Notes: a model not told the origin generated them from the sequence alone. A stretch of DNA of 47,738 nt, filler included, from Jimgerdemannia flammicorona (GCA_003990765.1; 2 parts of 2 records of this genome joined end to end with filler, not necessarily neighbours in it); one strand, 5' to 3'; counted from the whole stretch's first letter, positions 36,101-47,738 are shown. Translations and numbers: made by a program.

Positions 36101-36600
36101 CACAAGCCCAAGAACAACAGTCACAGTATGTTAACCAATACCACCAAGAAGAAACCTTTGATATTGGAGAAAAAGTTCTACTAGATATCAGAGGATACTG
36201 AGTTGACAACCTCAAGTACAGACCATCTACAAAGCTGAATAGAAAGTTCATTAGACCATTTGAAGTCATTACACAAGTCTCTCCAACCTCCTACAAATTG
36301 GCACTACCAGATACTATTAAGATTCACCCAGTCTTTAATGTTCAATGTCTCAAGTAATATAATGAGAATAATGACAAGCTATTTCTAAACCGGACCACCA
36401 AACCACCTGTACCTATCATCATTAATGACCAGGAAGAGTACAAAGTTGAACAAATTCTTAACAAATGTGGCAACAAGAGCCACCCTGAGTATCTTGTCAA
36501 ATGGAAATGTTACCTGATCCATGATGCAACCTGGGAACCCAAGACCAATCTCCAGAATGCTACTGACCTACTTTAGGAATATGATTCCTTGAACGACTAG
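33160..36600 (+). pseudogene. pol: pol: aspartic protease, RT, RNase H, integrase, chromodomain
   Basis: IDSGASGNF (PR); [16 protein letters not shown] (decayed YIDD); [24 protein letters not shown] (RNase H); CHD..HLG..CDAC, IISDQD, QTERMN (IN); EEYKVEQIL..EYLVKWK..ATWEP (chromodomain, ~36430-36570). Nonsense codons and two 1-nt frameshifts (~33245, ~35427). Confidence 0.95.
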
Positions 36601-37013
36601 AACCAGATACTCTGCACCTATCCATACATACTATATATTATCCTCCCGAACATTATAATTATTGCAAACTAAATCAAGAACTCAGCAAAACAAGACAAGA
36701 ATACTGACCCTCTGGAAAAATAGCAAAATTGAAAGCAAGCCTATTCTCCCTATACCACTGGTGGGAAACAAGGCATAGATAATTAAGAAGATTCCTTAGA
36801 GGAAATTCTCCAGCAGTGAATGACGTCAGAATCACTTCTGGCATATGTCATTGAATATACGGCCCTTTAACATGTGAATCCAATATGTTAGGCAACTGTA
36901 CTACAAGCATGTCACTTTCTGAGAAAAATAGACTTTACTAGACTTTTGACCTCCCAAACGGTGTAACAACACTAGAACAAAATTAGAAGGCCCCAATGAG
37001 GATGCCAAAAGCT

Positions 37014-37026
37014 AAGAAGGGGAGAG
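37014..37026 (+). promoter_or_regulatory. polypurine tract
   Basis: AAGAAGGGGAGAG ending one nt before the TG of the 3' LTR. Confidence 0.9.
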
Positions 37027-37105
37027 TTGTAAGCACACAACTGCCAAGCCACTGAAATTACATGTCACTCTCTGAACAAATCTGGAAATCACCTGCTTGA
37101 TCATG

Positions 37106-37168
37106 AAGCTGAGTCAAACCGAAGTCACAGTACACAAAGCTGAGTCAATATAAAGTCACAGAATACAA
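37106..37168 (+). promoter_or_regulatory. 31-bp tandem repeat in U3 with two TGAGTCA (AP-1/Gcn4-type) sites
   Basis: AAGCTGAGTCAAACCGAAGTCACAGTACACA / AAGCTGAGTCAATATAAAGTCACAGAATACAA. TGAGTCA at 37110 and 37141. Confidence 0.5.
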
Positions 37169-37284
37169 GATTTACACAAATGGAATCTTACCAATCAGGA
37201 CCAAATACATATATACCGAGCACTGAGACACGTCAAATCAGAGAACCAAAACAAACAACAACTATAACTTCCAAACACACAAAT

Positions 37285-38382
37285 ATGACCACCAAGATCT
37301 ATATCTGTATCCGCGCTGACATTTGGAATGCCATTGTCAATAGAGCGACACCCCCTCTGCCCCTCATAAATATCCATAGCCTAGCACCCCTCTACTTTGT
37401 GGAAGCCTGATAGAATGCTCTGAACATACTTAGTGAGGTCCACCGAATTGGACAAATCTCAAGCTACTACCAGATTGGCTGCCTCCTGGAAGACATGATC
37501 GAACACCACCACAATACAGACATTATCCAGATGTCTCAATACCAGAAGCTTATCACCCACAAACATCGAGAACTCTTCTATGAGTATAGCACCATTATTC
37601 CCTGCCTCCGAGTTACCACAGCCAAAATGGTTGCTACTCTTTCCTATGGCCAAATCGACAACATAATACAAGAACTCAATCACAAGTACCTTGAGTATGT
37701 CGAAACCATAGACAGAACCTTCCTACACCCCAATGATCATATCCTACAAATGCCCCAAGTTGGATATGCCATGAAGGATATCTATGATATAATCCACTTT
37801 GATGAAGACAAAGCAGAAGACAATGATCCCTCTGATGCCAATATGACCTCTAGCCAAGGATCTCTGCCAACCCTGATCATACTGCCAACCTTGCTGATGA
37901 ACTTACAACAATTCATAACAGCATATGAGACTTATTGGGACAATGACCACTAGTATGAATACCAACTTGCATTTACCCCCAATTACTTCAACTACAATGA
38001 AGAGACCGGAGAACACAACCTATACCTCCAGACAACCCTCGAGATTGAACCAACCACTCCACCACCTGAGTATGAGTGATATGAACCACAGCCACCAGCT
38101 TACTACAACCCCATGACTCATAGTGCTGTAACCTACAGAAGGTATACAGATAGCAAATCCGATGAAAGTGAAGATGATGCACCCCTCCTTCACCCACTAA
38201 CACCTTATCTAGCATATGAGACAGATGATACTATTCTGTGGGATAGTGACAAAGTTCCAATATATTATTACCTCAGTGAACAAGGAGAAGTAATCCGCAA
38301 ACCACTCTTCCTAGATGACTACTTCATCAGAGATGATATAATCAATGGTGATGTCATTGAGGACTACCCAGACAGCACCTAA
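37285..38382 (+). pseudogene. LTR-encoded accessory ORF, 365 codons, unknown function
   Basis: ORF pieces 37180-37410, 37495-37953 and 38113-38382 share one frame. Four stops; at three of them copy 2 has a sense codon, and all can be explained by C-to-T/G-to-A decay. Confidence 0.8.
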
Positions 38383-38951
38383 ACCTATAAATAGCCTAGC
38401 AGTCATAGTATAGTTAGATTAGCCTTATACTATGTGACTGTATTCTGACTCAGTAAGACACTTAGTACTACATCCATATTCAGCATAGTCTAGATAGCCC
38501 CTTACTAGTATAAATACCCTCTCCCCCAGACCTCAGAATCTCAGACTGGAACACACAAGAATATTCCTGAATACTTCCCCACAATATCCCTTTACACAAC
38601 TACTCCTAGTATAGCAATCTTAAGTAAATCTGTCCCCCATTAGGTCCCACTCCTAACCCCATCACAAAATTTCCTAATTGGGTATTGTCTGCAGCAATAT
38701 GCTGATTCAACTAAGCTGGTCTTAGTTTCTTGAACTTCCTGAAATACAGAAAATCCTGAACATCCAGAACTAGTCCAAAAAAGGACCTTGGTTGAGACGT
38801 CAACCCAATCTTGAAATCAATAAGCATAGAGGACATACTCCATATGAAATTGATCTTGATCATAAGAAAATGGTCTTCCAGAATATCCAGAACTTTCAGA
38901 AAACCCTTCTAGAACTACGTAATGGCTACCCTAAAAAGTAAACCTCTTACA

Positions 38952-40067
38952 AAAACCCTCTCCCACCACCTATCAAGTACTGCTCCCCTATTAACCTAGG
39001 CTAGCTATTGTTCAGTAGCTCAACCATACCAGGTGTAGCAGGACCTATAGTGGCCTGTATCTCATTCTGCACACCATGCTCTTCCTACTACTAGGGGAAA
39101 CTCAACCATATACCAATGATCAAAAGCATATGCCCAAGAACTCGATGTATATACAAAGCTATGCCTGAGCCAAATAGAACAACCCCTACCATTCCAAAGA
39201 GAATAACAGATAAAGAAAAACCCTCATCAAAGTACAACATGGTGGGTAGGGCCTTGTTCTCCTAGTTGAGGTGAGTAAAGGACTTACACATAAGGCAGGA
39301 GGAGACCCCCAATACCCCACTACTCAAGTCTGTGAGCCTTGATCATATTGTCATATTAGCTCCTAGTTCCAGTTGAGTGCAGCCAAGATGCCTGAAATGA
39401 GTAGCCTCAGGCCCCCTGACCCCCCTTAATGACCGGAGCCTAACCTGCCAACCCACCAAAAGAAGCTGAGAGTATCACTTACCACCTAACCATGCCACAC
39501 CAATCAAAAGGCCCCACTGAAGTAGCACCTACCCCAGCCCTGATGACCACCCCCAGCCTGGCACCCTACTGGTTTACCATTATCACTCTTCCTCCTATCT
39601 GTGATGGCCATCTCTCCTCCCATCCCAACAATATCTGAAAAGCAGTCACCTATGCCAGAACTACACTTACTGGGAAGCTTACCAAAGCCAGAGGGCCCCA
39701 CTATAGGTACCAAGGACCTGCAGGTAATCTATACTGAGCACTTAACACCTAAGGTTGACCGACTCCCTACATAGCCCAAGACACACCAAGACACCACCTT
39801 ATTAGTGACAGCAAAAGGAAGAAGGCACTGCACCAAAATGAATGCACTCCAGATGCAGCTGAAGGTACCAGAAACTGCAAAAAAGTGGAGAAGACACTGA
39901 TCTGACACCAATAAAGGGGCAACTCATCACCATTGTCCTCCTCTCACTATACCTATGCAGGCACAGCAAACTAACCTAAGGTAGAGGGGGTAATAATAGG
40001 GGAAAGAGACTCGGAAGATTGCCTATCAAACCTTGTGACTGATAAGGTAGCAGAGAAAGGAGTGTTG
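38952..40067. mobile_element. unidentified decayed TE-like sequence between the two Gypsy copies
   Basis: CpG-depleted, C-rich on the plus strand like the LINE, not alignable to the Gypsy element. No diagnostic motif read. Confidence 0.3.
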
Positions 40068-43000
40068 TTGGTGGTGTTGGTTAACATACTGTGACTATTG
40101 TTCTTGAGTTCACAATAAATTCTCAATTACAATCTGGCTTCGATTGCATATTCGAAGTAGGAATTCTTCAACAGCTTCAACTGTAGAGAGTTCATCAGTA
40201 GTTTGAATAAGTATCAGAGAGATGTTTGGGTTTTGTTCAGTATTGGCAAAGAATGGGAGTCATTTTAAGAGAGACTTGCTTGCTGTTGTTATAGGCAAAC
40301 TCGACTGCAGTAAGGTATTTATGCCAATCATCTTGTCTGTAGGAAATATAGTTTCTTAGCATTTATTCCAGAGTTCAGTTCATTCTTTCAGTTTGGCCAT
40401 CAGTTTCAGGGTAAAAGACTGTGGATAGTGCAAGTTTTATTCCAAGGTGTGCATAGAGGGCTTTCCAAAAATAGCTGGTGAATTTTGGATCTCAATTACT
40501 AACAATGATCTTAGAGAGATCATGATAGTAGAAGATATTGTCAAACAAGAGTGTAGCTATGTCTGGTGCTATTATAGTAGTAGTAGTTGACACAAAGTGA
40601 GTTTGTTTGCTGAGATAATCCACAAAGACAACAATTGTATCTTTCTTGTTCTTGGTTTGGGATAGTTATATAATGAAATCTATAGAGATTTGTTCTCAAT
40701 TAGCAGATGGTACTAGAATAGGGTAGAGTAGGCCAGGCTTTGCTAGCATTGAGGACTTGTTCCATTAGCAGGCATCACAGGAAGTGATATAGGTCTTGAG
40801 CTGATCTGCCATGTGGGGCCAATAGAAGTTTTGGGAGATAACTTCATAACATTTGTCAAATCCTAAATGTCTAGCTGTAGGGGTATCATGACATTTGAAT
40901 AGGATAGTCCTTCAGAGATCTTGGTTATTTAAAATATACAATCTGTCCTTGTAGTAGATTGCATTATCCTTCAGTTGATATTGCTGATACCAAGTATACT
41001 TATCAGCATTATCACTGCTTAGAATTTCTCAAAGTGCTTGAGCTTCTTTATCATCAGCATATATAGTGATAATTTGTTCTATGATAGAGTTTGTAATCAA
41101 GATGAGAGTTTGGATAACTTCTTCAATTAGTGGTCTGGAGATTGCATTGGCAATAATATTTTTCTTACCAGGGCAATACTGGATTTTATAGTCAAAGTTG
41201 GTGAGAACTTTCATCTATCTGGCTTGCTTTTGAGAAAGGATAGCCTGTGTCTTGATGTTGACTAATGACTTGTGATTGGTCAATATAGTGAAGTGTGCTC
41301 CTTTTAGGTATGGCTGCTATTTGATCAGAGTGTCTACAATGGCTAGCATTTCCTTCTCATGGATTACATAGTTGATTTTGGCATCATTGAACTTGTGAGA
41401 GTGATAGGCCACAGGGTGTCCTTCTTGCATGAGCACTGCTCCAAGAGCTAGATCAGAGGCATCAGTAGTAACTTCATATAGTAGGGCAGGGTTTGCTGCT
41501 TAAAGTACTAGAGTAGTTATCAAGGCATCTTTCAATGCTTGAAAGGCTGTATCTTGTTCAGGTCCCCAATTTACAAGATTGTTGAAGTCTTTCTCTTGTT
41601 TTGTGATCTAGGGTTATTCTTCTTTCTTACTGTGCTTGGTCATTTGGGTAAGAGCAGTAGTGATTTTGGTGAAGTTGGCAACAAATCACCTGTAATAGTT
41701 TGCTAATTCCAGGAATGACTATAAGTCCTTCAGCTTCTTGGGTCTGGGTTAATTCTTGATTGCAGAGATTTTGCTGAGGTCTACTTTGATTCTATTTGGT
41801 ATAACAATGTAACCAAGAAATTAGATTTCTTTCAGGAGAAATTCATATTTGCAAAGTTTTGCAAAGAGTCAGTTTTCTCAGAGTTTTAGTAATACTAGTT
41901 CAAGGTATTAAAGATATTCCTCCAGGGTTTTGCTGAAGACTAAGATATCATTGATATAGACAATAATGAATTTGTCCAGGTATGGGTATAGGATAGTATT
42001 CATTAGGGTTTGGAAGGTTGCAGGAGTATTAGTTAAGCCAAAAGGCATAACTAGGAACTTGAAGTATCCATAGCAAGTTCAGAAGGCTGTCTTGTAGATG
42101 TCTTCTTTTTTTATGGCAATTTACCAGTAACCATTTTGTAGATTAAAAGAGCTCATGAATTGTGAGTTGGTAAGCCTATCAAATATTTCATCAATTCTGG
42201 GCAGTGGGCAACAGTTCTTGATGGTCTGTTCATTGAGGTCATGGTAATCAATGCACATTTATAGGTCTCCTCCTTTCTTTATAATGAAGAAAACTGGTAT
42301 ACCATAGGGTGATACACTGGGTCTGATAAATCCTTATTCTAGGAGTTCATTGATTTCTTTCTTGAGTACATTGATTTCTCTCAGAGACATGTGGTAGATT
42401 GACTTGAAGGCTGGCTTGGCATCTGGAATAGTCTTGATGGCATGGTCTACTGCTTGTTTAGGAGGTAGGCCTTTCAGGAGTTTCTTTGGGAATATGTCTT
42501 GAAATTTCTGGAGTAGGGGTCTCATATGGCTGTCAATCTTGGAAAAGTCTTCTTCAGAGTTTTCAAGTTCTCCTTTAGATGGGCAGATGGAGATAGCAAA
42601 GAGAGGGCATTTCTTGGCCAATTTCTTGAGCTGTAGCTTGTTGATATGGGTGATCTTTGGTCCAGAGTTACTAGAGCTAAGTGGGTCCTTTTTGCCTTGC
42701 AGTTTGAAGTTGTGGCATCCTTTCTTGATGGTCAGAGAATGGTTTACCCAATTGATTATGGGGTTTTCTTGTTTTAACCATAGAGTTCCAAGAATGATCT
42801 CATTATCAGGAAGTAGTACAATTTGGAGGGTAATATGTACTCAATAGTCATCAATTCAGAAGAATAGATTGCAGACTTCTTTACTAATGATATGGGAGGT
42901 TTCATCAGCTGTAGCAACTGCTTAGGTTTGTTGTACTGAAGAGGTAAAGACCTTGAGTCTATTGGCTGTTTCTTTATTGATAAAGTTGCCTGAAGTACTG

Positions 43001-45697
43001 CTGTCTATCATAATCTTGACAGGTGCTTGATTGATAAAAGCTTATAGTGTAAGCAGTTTGTCTGATCCAATGGTGGTAATTTCAGTTGTAGGAGCTTTCC
43101 TTCAGTTGATTCTTCTTTGAGCCAATTCATTGATACAAGAGAAGTAATTATTAATCATTCAGGAAGAGTACATTTCAATATCATGGGGGTATTGGCCACT
43201 TGGTATATATCCATCTTTGATTTTCTTGTAGAATTGTTCTTCTTTGCTTGTGATAGATTAGGCTGGAGCCTTATTTGATGAGCCAAATCCTTTGAATTCT
43301 TGGATGTGGGTAGTAGTTCAGAGACTTCCTTGATTGTCAGAGTTGACTCAATTTTTTTGAATAGAATCTGGGCAATATAGAAACCAATAGAGATCTTGAA
43401 GGATATCCAACTATGATTTCGGATAGGATAATAATTTCACCTATATAATCTTCGTCAATGACTCCTCTTTCTACTGAAAGTCCTTTCAATACTAGGCTGC
43501 TGTGACAGCATATTCTTCTAACATATCTTTCAGGGATTTGGATGCTGATTTCTGTGTAGACTTGCTTAACTTCTTGGTTGGAAACTGTAGCTTCTTCGAC
43601 TACATATAGATTATATCCAGCTGCCTTTTGACTTTCTTTGGTTGGGGCCTTAGCAGTTTGTCTTAACTTGACAAAATCCAGTGTTCTGGTAGTTAGGTTA
43701 TTAAGGTAGTGTAGAGTAGTAACAGTTGCTTATGTTGCTGTTTAGGGTTTTTGATTGGGGCAGGCACTGGTCATATGTCCTGTCTTTTAGCAATAGAAGT
43801 ATGCTCCACTTCTTCAAAGTTCATTCCTTTCTCCTTCAGTGAGTTTCTTGAAGGTACTTAGCTGGGTGGATTTATGGTTTCTGAGTATCCATGAGGTAGA
43901 TGTTAAGGGAGCTTGAGATGCTTTATGCTTGGGTTCTTCTTTCTTGATCTAAGCCTTTTCCTTATTGTTGAATTACCTTCAGGGCAGAATTGGTCCAGCT
44001 GTTAGGATTTGCTTGACCATGGTCTTGATTCTTACTAGGTACCATTGTTAGTGGTCACAACTAACTAAGCAACCTTGTTCTCAGATTTTTCTGGTAAGCC
44101 ATTTAGGTAGTGTATTGAATAGATAGTCTGCTCTTGTATTATTTCATACTTTGTCATTGGCAATATATCCTAGGCCAACAGTGTTCAGAAGTAACTCAAG
44201 TTTTGTATAGAAGGTTTCAAATTCTTCCTTGCCATATATATCAAATTTGAGGTTGTGGAGTTTTACTCAAAATTCAGCAATCATGATTTCACTGTGGTAT
44301 TGAGCAATCATGAGTTGTTTGAGTCCAGGAGCTGCAGGATGAGCTCTATATCCTGGGGTATTATTTGCTACATTCTGGGCAACTACTGCAGGTTGGATAT
44401 CCCATGTGAGGGGTTTTTCAGGAAGGGTTTACCACTATTCTTCAGCAGGTCCTCAGAAGAATGTAACAACTCAGCAGACATAGGCTGTAGTGATAGCAAA
44501 GAGTTGTTCTAGAGTATGGTCTTGATTATTTATCAGAAGGCAGTCAGCAACTTACTCATTGGTCTATTGATTGACTTCAAAGTTGGTATCAACTATACTA
44601 ATAAAGCTTTGAACTTCTTGTACAGTATCATTGAAGATAGGTAGGCTCAGATTTTTGGTAGGTCAGGTCTGTTCAGCTAAGGCAGTAATAGTTGCTACCA
44701 TTATAGCTATCTGGGCTGTAAGGTCTAGAATCTGTTGGTTCATCATATTGTTTACTGGAGGCAGTTAGACTGCTAGTAGTAGTGTTACTGATACTACTTG
44801 AGGTACTGGTGCAGAGTATAAGGGTGTTCTTTAGATCTGTGTAAGTTGCTAGAGTAATAGTTAGTAAGGGCTTGATAGATAGCTATTTATTACTGTGTTG
44901 GTGTATTTTGTCCTGATAGAGGTGCATCTCCTTCAGTGGTATATCCAGAATCAAATTCACTAAGATACTCCTCCTTCTCTTCAGTTTGGTTCCTGTGTAA
45001 TTGGGTTTACTTAGCATCAAAGTAGACAGAATCATTATATATCTAATTTTGGATGGACTTAATTCAAAGTCAAGTTCTGGTTCATTATTAGTTTCTGGTT
45101 CAAGTAGGGCTATAGCTGGGCCTGCTTCTGGTTCAGGGTCAGATTGTTGATGAAGAGTTTCTCTTACTTCTTCCTTAAGAATATGGCAGGCCTTACTGTT
45201 TTGGAATCAGTAGTATAATGTGGTCTTGGTCCTGGTATAGTGAAAGTTGGTAGAGTTGAGCTACTTGGCTATAGAGGCTTGGGCTTCATAAGGAATTAAG
45301 ACTAGAAAGACTGCTGATAGTTATCCTAGGTCACTCAGATTTGTGGAGCTGACAAAACTCTTATTGAGAAGAGTAAAGAAGGCTTCTATAAAACCTTCTT
45401 CATCTTGACTTGCTGGGTGTAGAGTAAGGAGTTTGGTAAATAGGATTTTACCTATCTGCTAATTTAACTGGAGTATTTCTTTCTTTAAATGAAGTTTGTC
45501 CCACTTATTGCAAGTGTGAAGATCAAATTGTCCTTGTATATCAGGTTCAATTCTCTCCAGATTGTCAGATAGTTCAGGATAAATTCCAGTTCAGAGGTTG
45601 GACTTTATACCAACTTGTAGGAATTCTCAGAAGAGTTTGTAGTAGGGTGAGAAAGCATCTTAAAGTAGTATTGGATTATAAACTGCTGCTACCAAGT

Positions 45698-47738
45698 TGT
45701 AAGAGGGTTGCTTTTTAGGGTAACCATTATGTTGTTCTGGAAGACCATTTTCTTAAAGTCAAGATCAATTTCATATAGAGTATGTCCTCTATGCTTATTA
45801 ATTTCAAGATTGGGTTGATGTCTCAACCAAAGTCCTTTTTCGGACTAGTTCTGGATATTCAGGATTTTTCATATTTCAGGAAGTTCAAGAAACTAAGACC
45901 AACTTAGTTGAATTGGCATATTGCTGCAGACAATACCCAATTAGGAAATTTCATAATGGGGTTAGGAGTGAGACCTAATAGGGAGTAGATTTACTTAAGA
46001 GTGGTTTGGTTGTTATTAAATAGGTTTATTTGCTATTCATGATATTGCTATACTGGGAGTAGTTTGTGTAAAGGAATATTGTAGAGAAGTGTTCAGGAAT
46101 ATTCTTGTATTTGAGTGTTCAAGTCTATTTGAGTCTTTCAAGTCTGAGATTCTGAAGTCTGGAAGAGGGGGTATTTATACTAGTAAGGGGCTATTTAGAC
46201 TATGCTAAATATGGATATAGTACTTAGTACCTTGCTGAGTCAGAATGCAGTTATATAGTATAAGTATAATCTGATATATCAAGAGATCATCTGACTGCTG
46301 AGTCAGTTTACAGTCATTTCATATAAGGCTAATCTAACTATACTATGACTGCTGAGCTATCTATAGATTTAGACACTATCTGGGTAGTCTTCAATGATAT
46401 CACCATTGATGTCATCATCTCTGATGAAGTAGTTATCTAGGAAGAGTTGTTCATAGATTAATTCTCCTTGTTCACTAAGATAATAATATATTAGAACTTC
46501 ATCACCATCCTACAGAATAGTATCATCTGTCTTATATGCTGGATATGGAGTTGGTAAGTGAAGAAGTGGTGTATCATTCTCACTTTCATCAGATTCGCTA
46601 TCTGTATACCTTCTATAGGTTACAGCACTATGAGTCACAGGATTATAGTAAGCTGGTGGCTGTAATTCATGTTGCTCATACTTAGGTAGTAGAGTGATTG
46701 GTTTGATCTCAAGAGTTATCTGAAGGTACAGATTGTGTTCTCCAGTCTCTTCATCATAGTTGAAGTAATCAGAAGTGAATGCAGATTAGTATTTATGCCA
46801 GTGATCATTGTCCTAATAGGTCTCATAGGTGATTATAAATTATTGTAAGTTCATTGGCAAGGTTGGCAAAGTGATCAGAGTTGGTAGAGATTCTTGGCTG
46901 GAGGTCATATTAGCATCAGAGGGATCATTGTCTTCTACTTTATCTTCATTGAATCAGATTATATCATAGATGTCCTTTATGGCATATCTGACTTGAGGCA
47001 TTTGCAGAATATGGTCATCGGAGTATGGGAAGGTTCTGTCTATAGTCTCAACATACTCGAGATACTTGTGGTTGAGTTCTTGTATCATATCATTGATTTG
47101 GCTATAAGATAGAGTAGTGATCATTTCAGTGATAGTAACTCAGAGGCAGGAAATAAAGGTGCTGTACTTATAGAAGAGTTCTTGATATTTGTGGGTAATG
47201 AGTTTCTGATGTTGGGACATCTGAGTAATATCTGTATCATGATGGTGTTCAACCATATCTTCTAGGAGGCAGCCAATCTGATAGTAGCTTGAGATTTGTC
47301 CAATTTGGTGGACCTCACTAAGCATGTTCAAGGCATTCCATCAGGCTTCTATGAAGTAGAGGAGTGCTAGACTATAGATATTCATGAGAGGTAGAGAGAG
47401 TGTAGTTCAGTTGACAATGGTATTCTAAATGTCAGTGCAGATGTAGTTGTAGATCTTGGTGGTCATGTTTGTATATGTTCAGAAGTTATAATTGTTATTT
47501 GTTTTAATTCTCTGTTTCAATACATCTTGGTACTTGGTATATATGCATTTGGTCCTAATTGGTAAGATTCTGTTGTGTAAATCTTATATTCCATAACTTC
47601 ATATTGACTCAGCTTGTATGCTATGACTTTGGTTTAACTTAGCTTTGTGATTGAGTAGGTAATTTCCAGATTTGTCCAGAGATCATGTGTGATTTTGGTG
47701 GCTTGTTTAGAGGATGATATGTGATTTCAGTGACTTGG
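45698..47738 (-). repeat. 5' LTR of copy 2 (runs ~16 bp past the window end)
   Basis: TGTAAG at 45698 is the CTTACA end on the minus strand. The window end corresponds to ~37044 of the 3' LTR of copy 1. Confidence 0.93.
46369..47466 (-). pseudogene. LTR-encoded accessory ORF, copy 2
   Basis: ATG ACC ACC AAG ATC TAC at 47466 to TAA at 46369; 1098 nt, the same length as in copy 1. Confidence 0.75.

Larger units (their letters stand above)
29622..38951 (+). mobile_element. Ty3/Gypsy LTR retrotransposon (chromovirus) with dUTPase, copy 1, inactivated
   Basis: Order: LTR, PBS, gag, CCHC, dUTPase, PR, RT, RNaseH, IN, chromodomain, PPT, LTR. Two LTRs; the complete one has TGTAAG..CTTACA termini. 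Confidence 0.96.
37028..38951 (+). repeat. 3' LTR of copy 1 (1924 bp)
   Basis: TGTAAG...CTTACA inverted termini; follows the PPT; matches 29622-30507 and, inverted, 45698-47738. Confidence 0.95.
40068..47738 (-). mobile_element. Ty3/Gypsy dUTPase chromovirus family, copy 2 (3'-truncated in integrase, heavily decayed)
   Basis: Reverse complement aligns with 30508-36146 and with the LTR. PBS at ~45683-45694, dUTPase relic ~43277-43686. Similarity stops at ~40068, before the chromodomain. Confidence 0.95.

Noticed and set aside
36600..37013. Possible extra small ORF (env position) between integrase and PPT
   Set aside because: The best frame has about four stops in ~130 codons and no start codon, and copy 2 lacks this region, so it cannot be distinguished from chance.
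37180..37284. Upstream ATG at 37180 as start of the LTR ORF
   Set aside because: Copy 2 has ACA here, so the ATG is probably decay of ACG; the ATG at 37285 is shared by both copies.

Overview
Eukaryotic, intron-rich DNA that looks fungal. An early-diverging, Mucoromycota-like origin is my inference from gene style and TE content only. The window has two parts separated by an assembly gap (23820-23919). The left 23.8 kb keeps its CpGs and holds one intact 8-exon gene, mitochondrial methionyl-tRNA formyltransferase (FMT1, 7264-9794). Around it are deletion-riddled, intron-retaining relics of housekeeping genes: RAD50 twice (one copy scrambled and inverted), acetylornithine aminotransferase, a tRNA-Tyr-like gene and ankyrin repeats. 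It also holds MITE relics, micro/minisatellites and a poly(A)-only insertion with an 18-bp target-site duplication. The right 23.8 kb is a CpG-depleted nest of retroelements: a full-length L1/Tx1-like LINE on the minus strand abutting, and probably inserted into, the 5' LTR of a Ty3/Gypsy chromovirus, plus a second, more decayed inverted copy of the same family. The most unusual system is this chromovirus. It has a dUTPase between the nucleocapsid zinc knuckle and the protease. Its ~1.9-kb LTRs carry a ~365-codon accessory ORF in U3, with two PPxY motifs and its own candidate promoter. This layout parallels betaretroviruses such as MMTV (NC-dUTPase-PR plus an LTR-encoded ORF).
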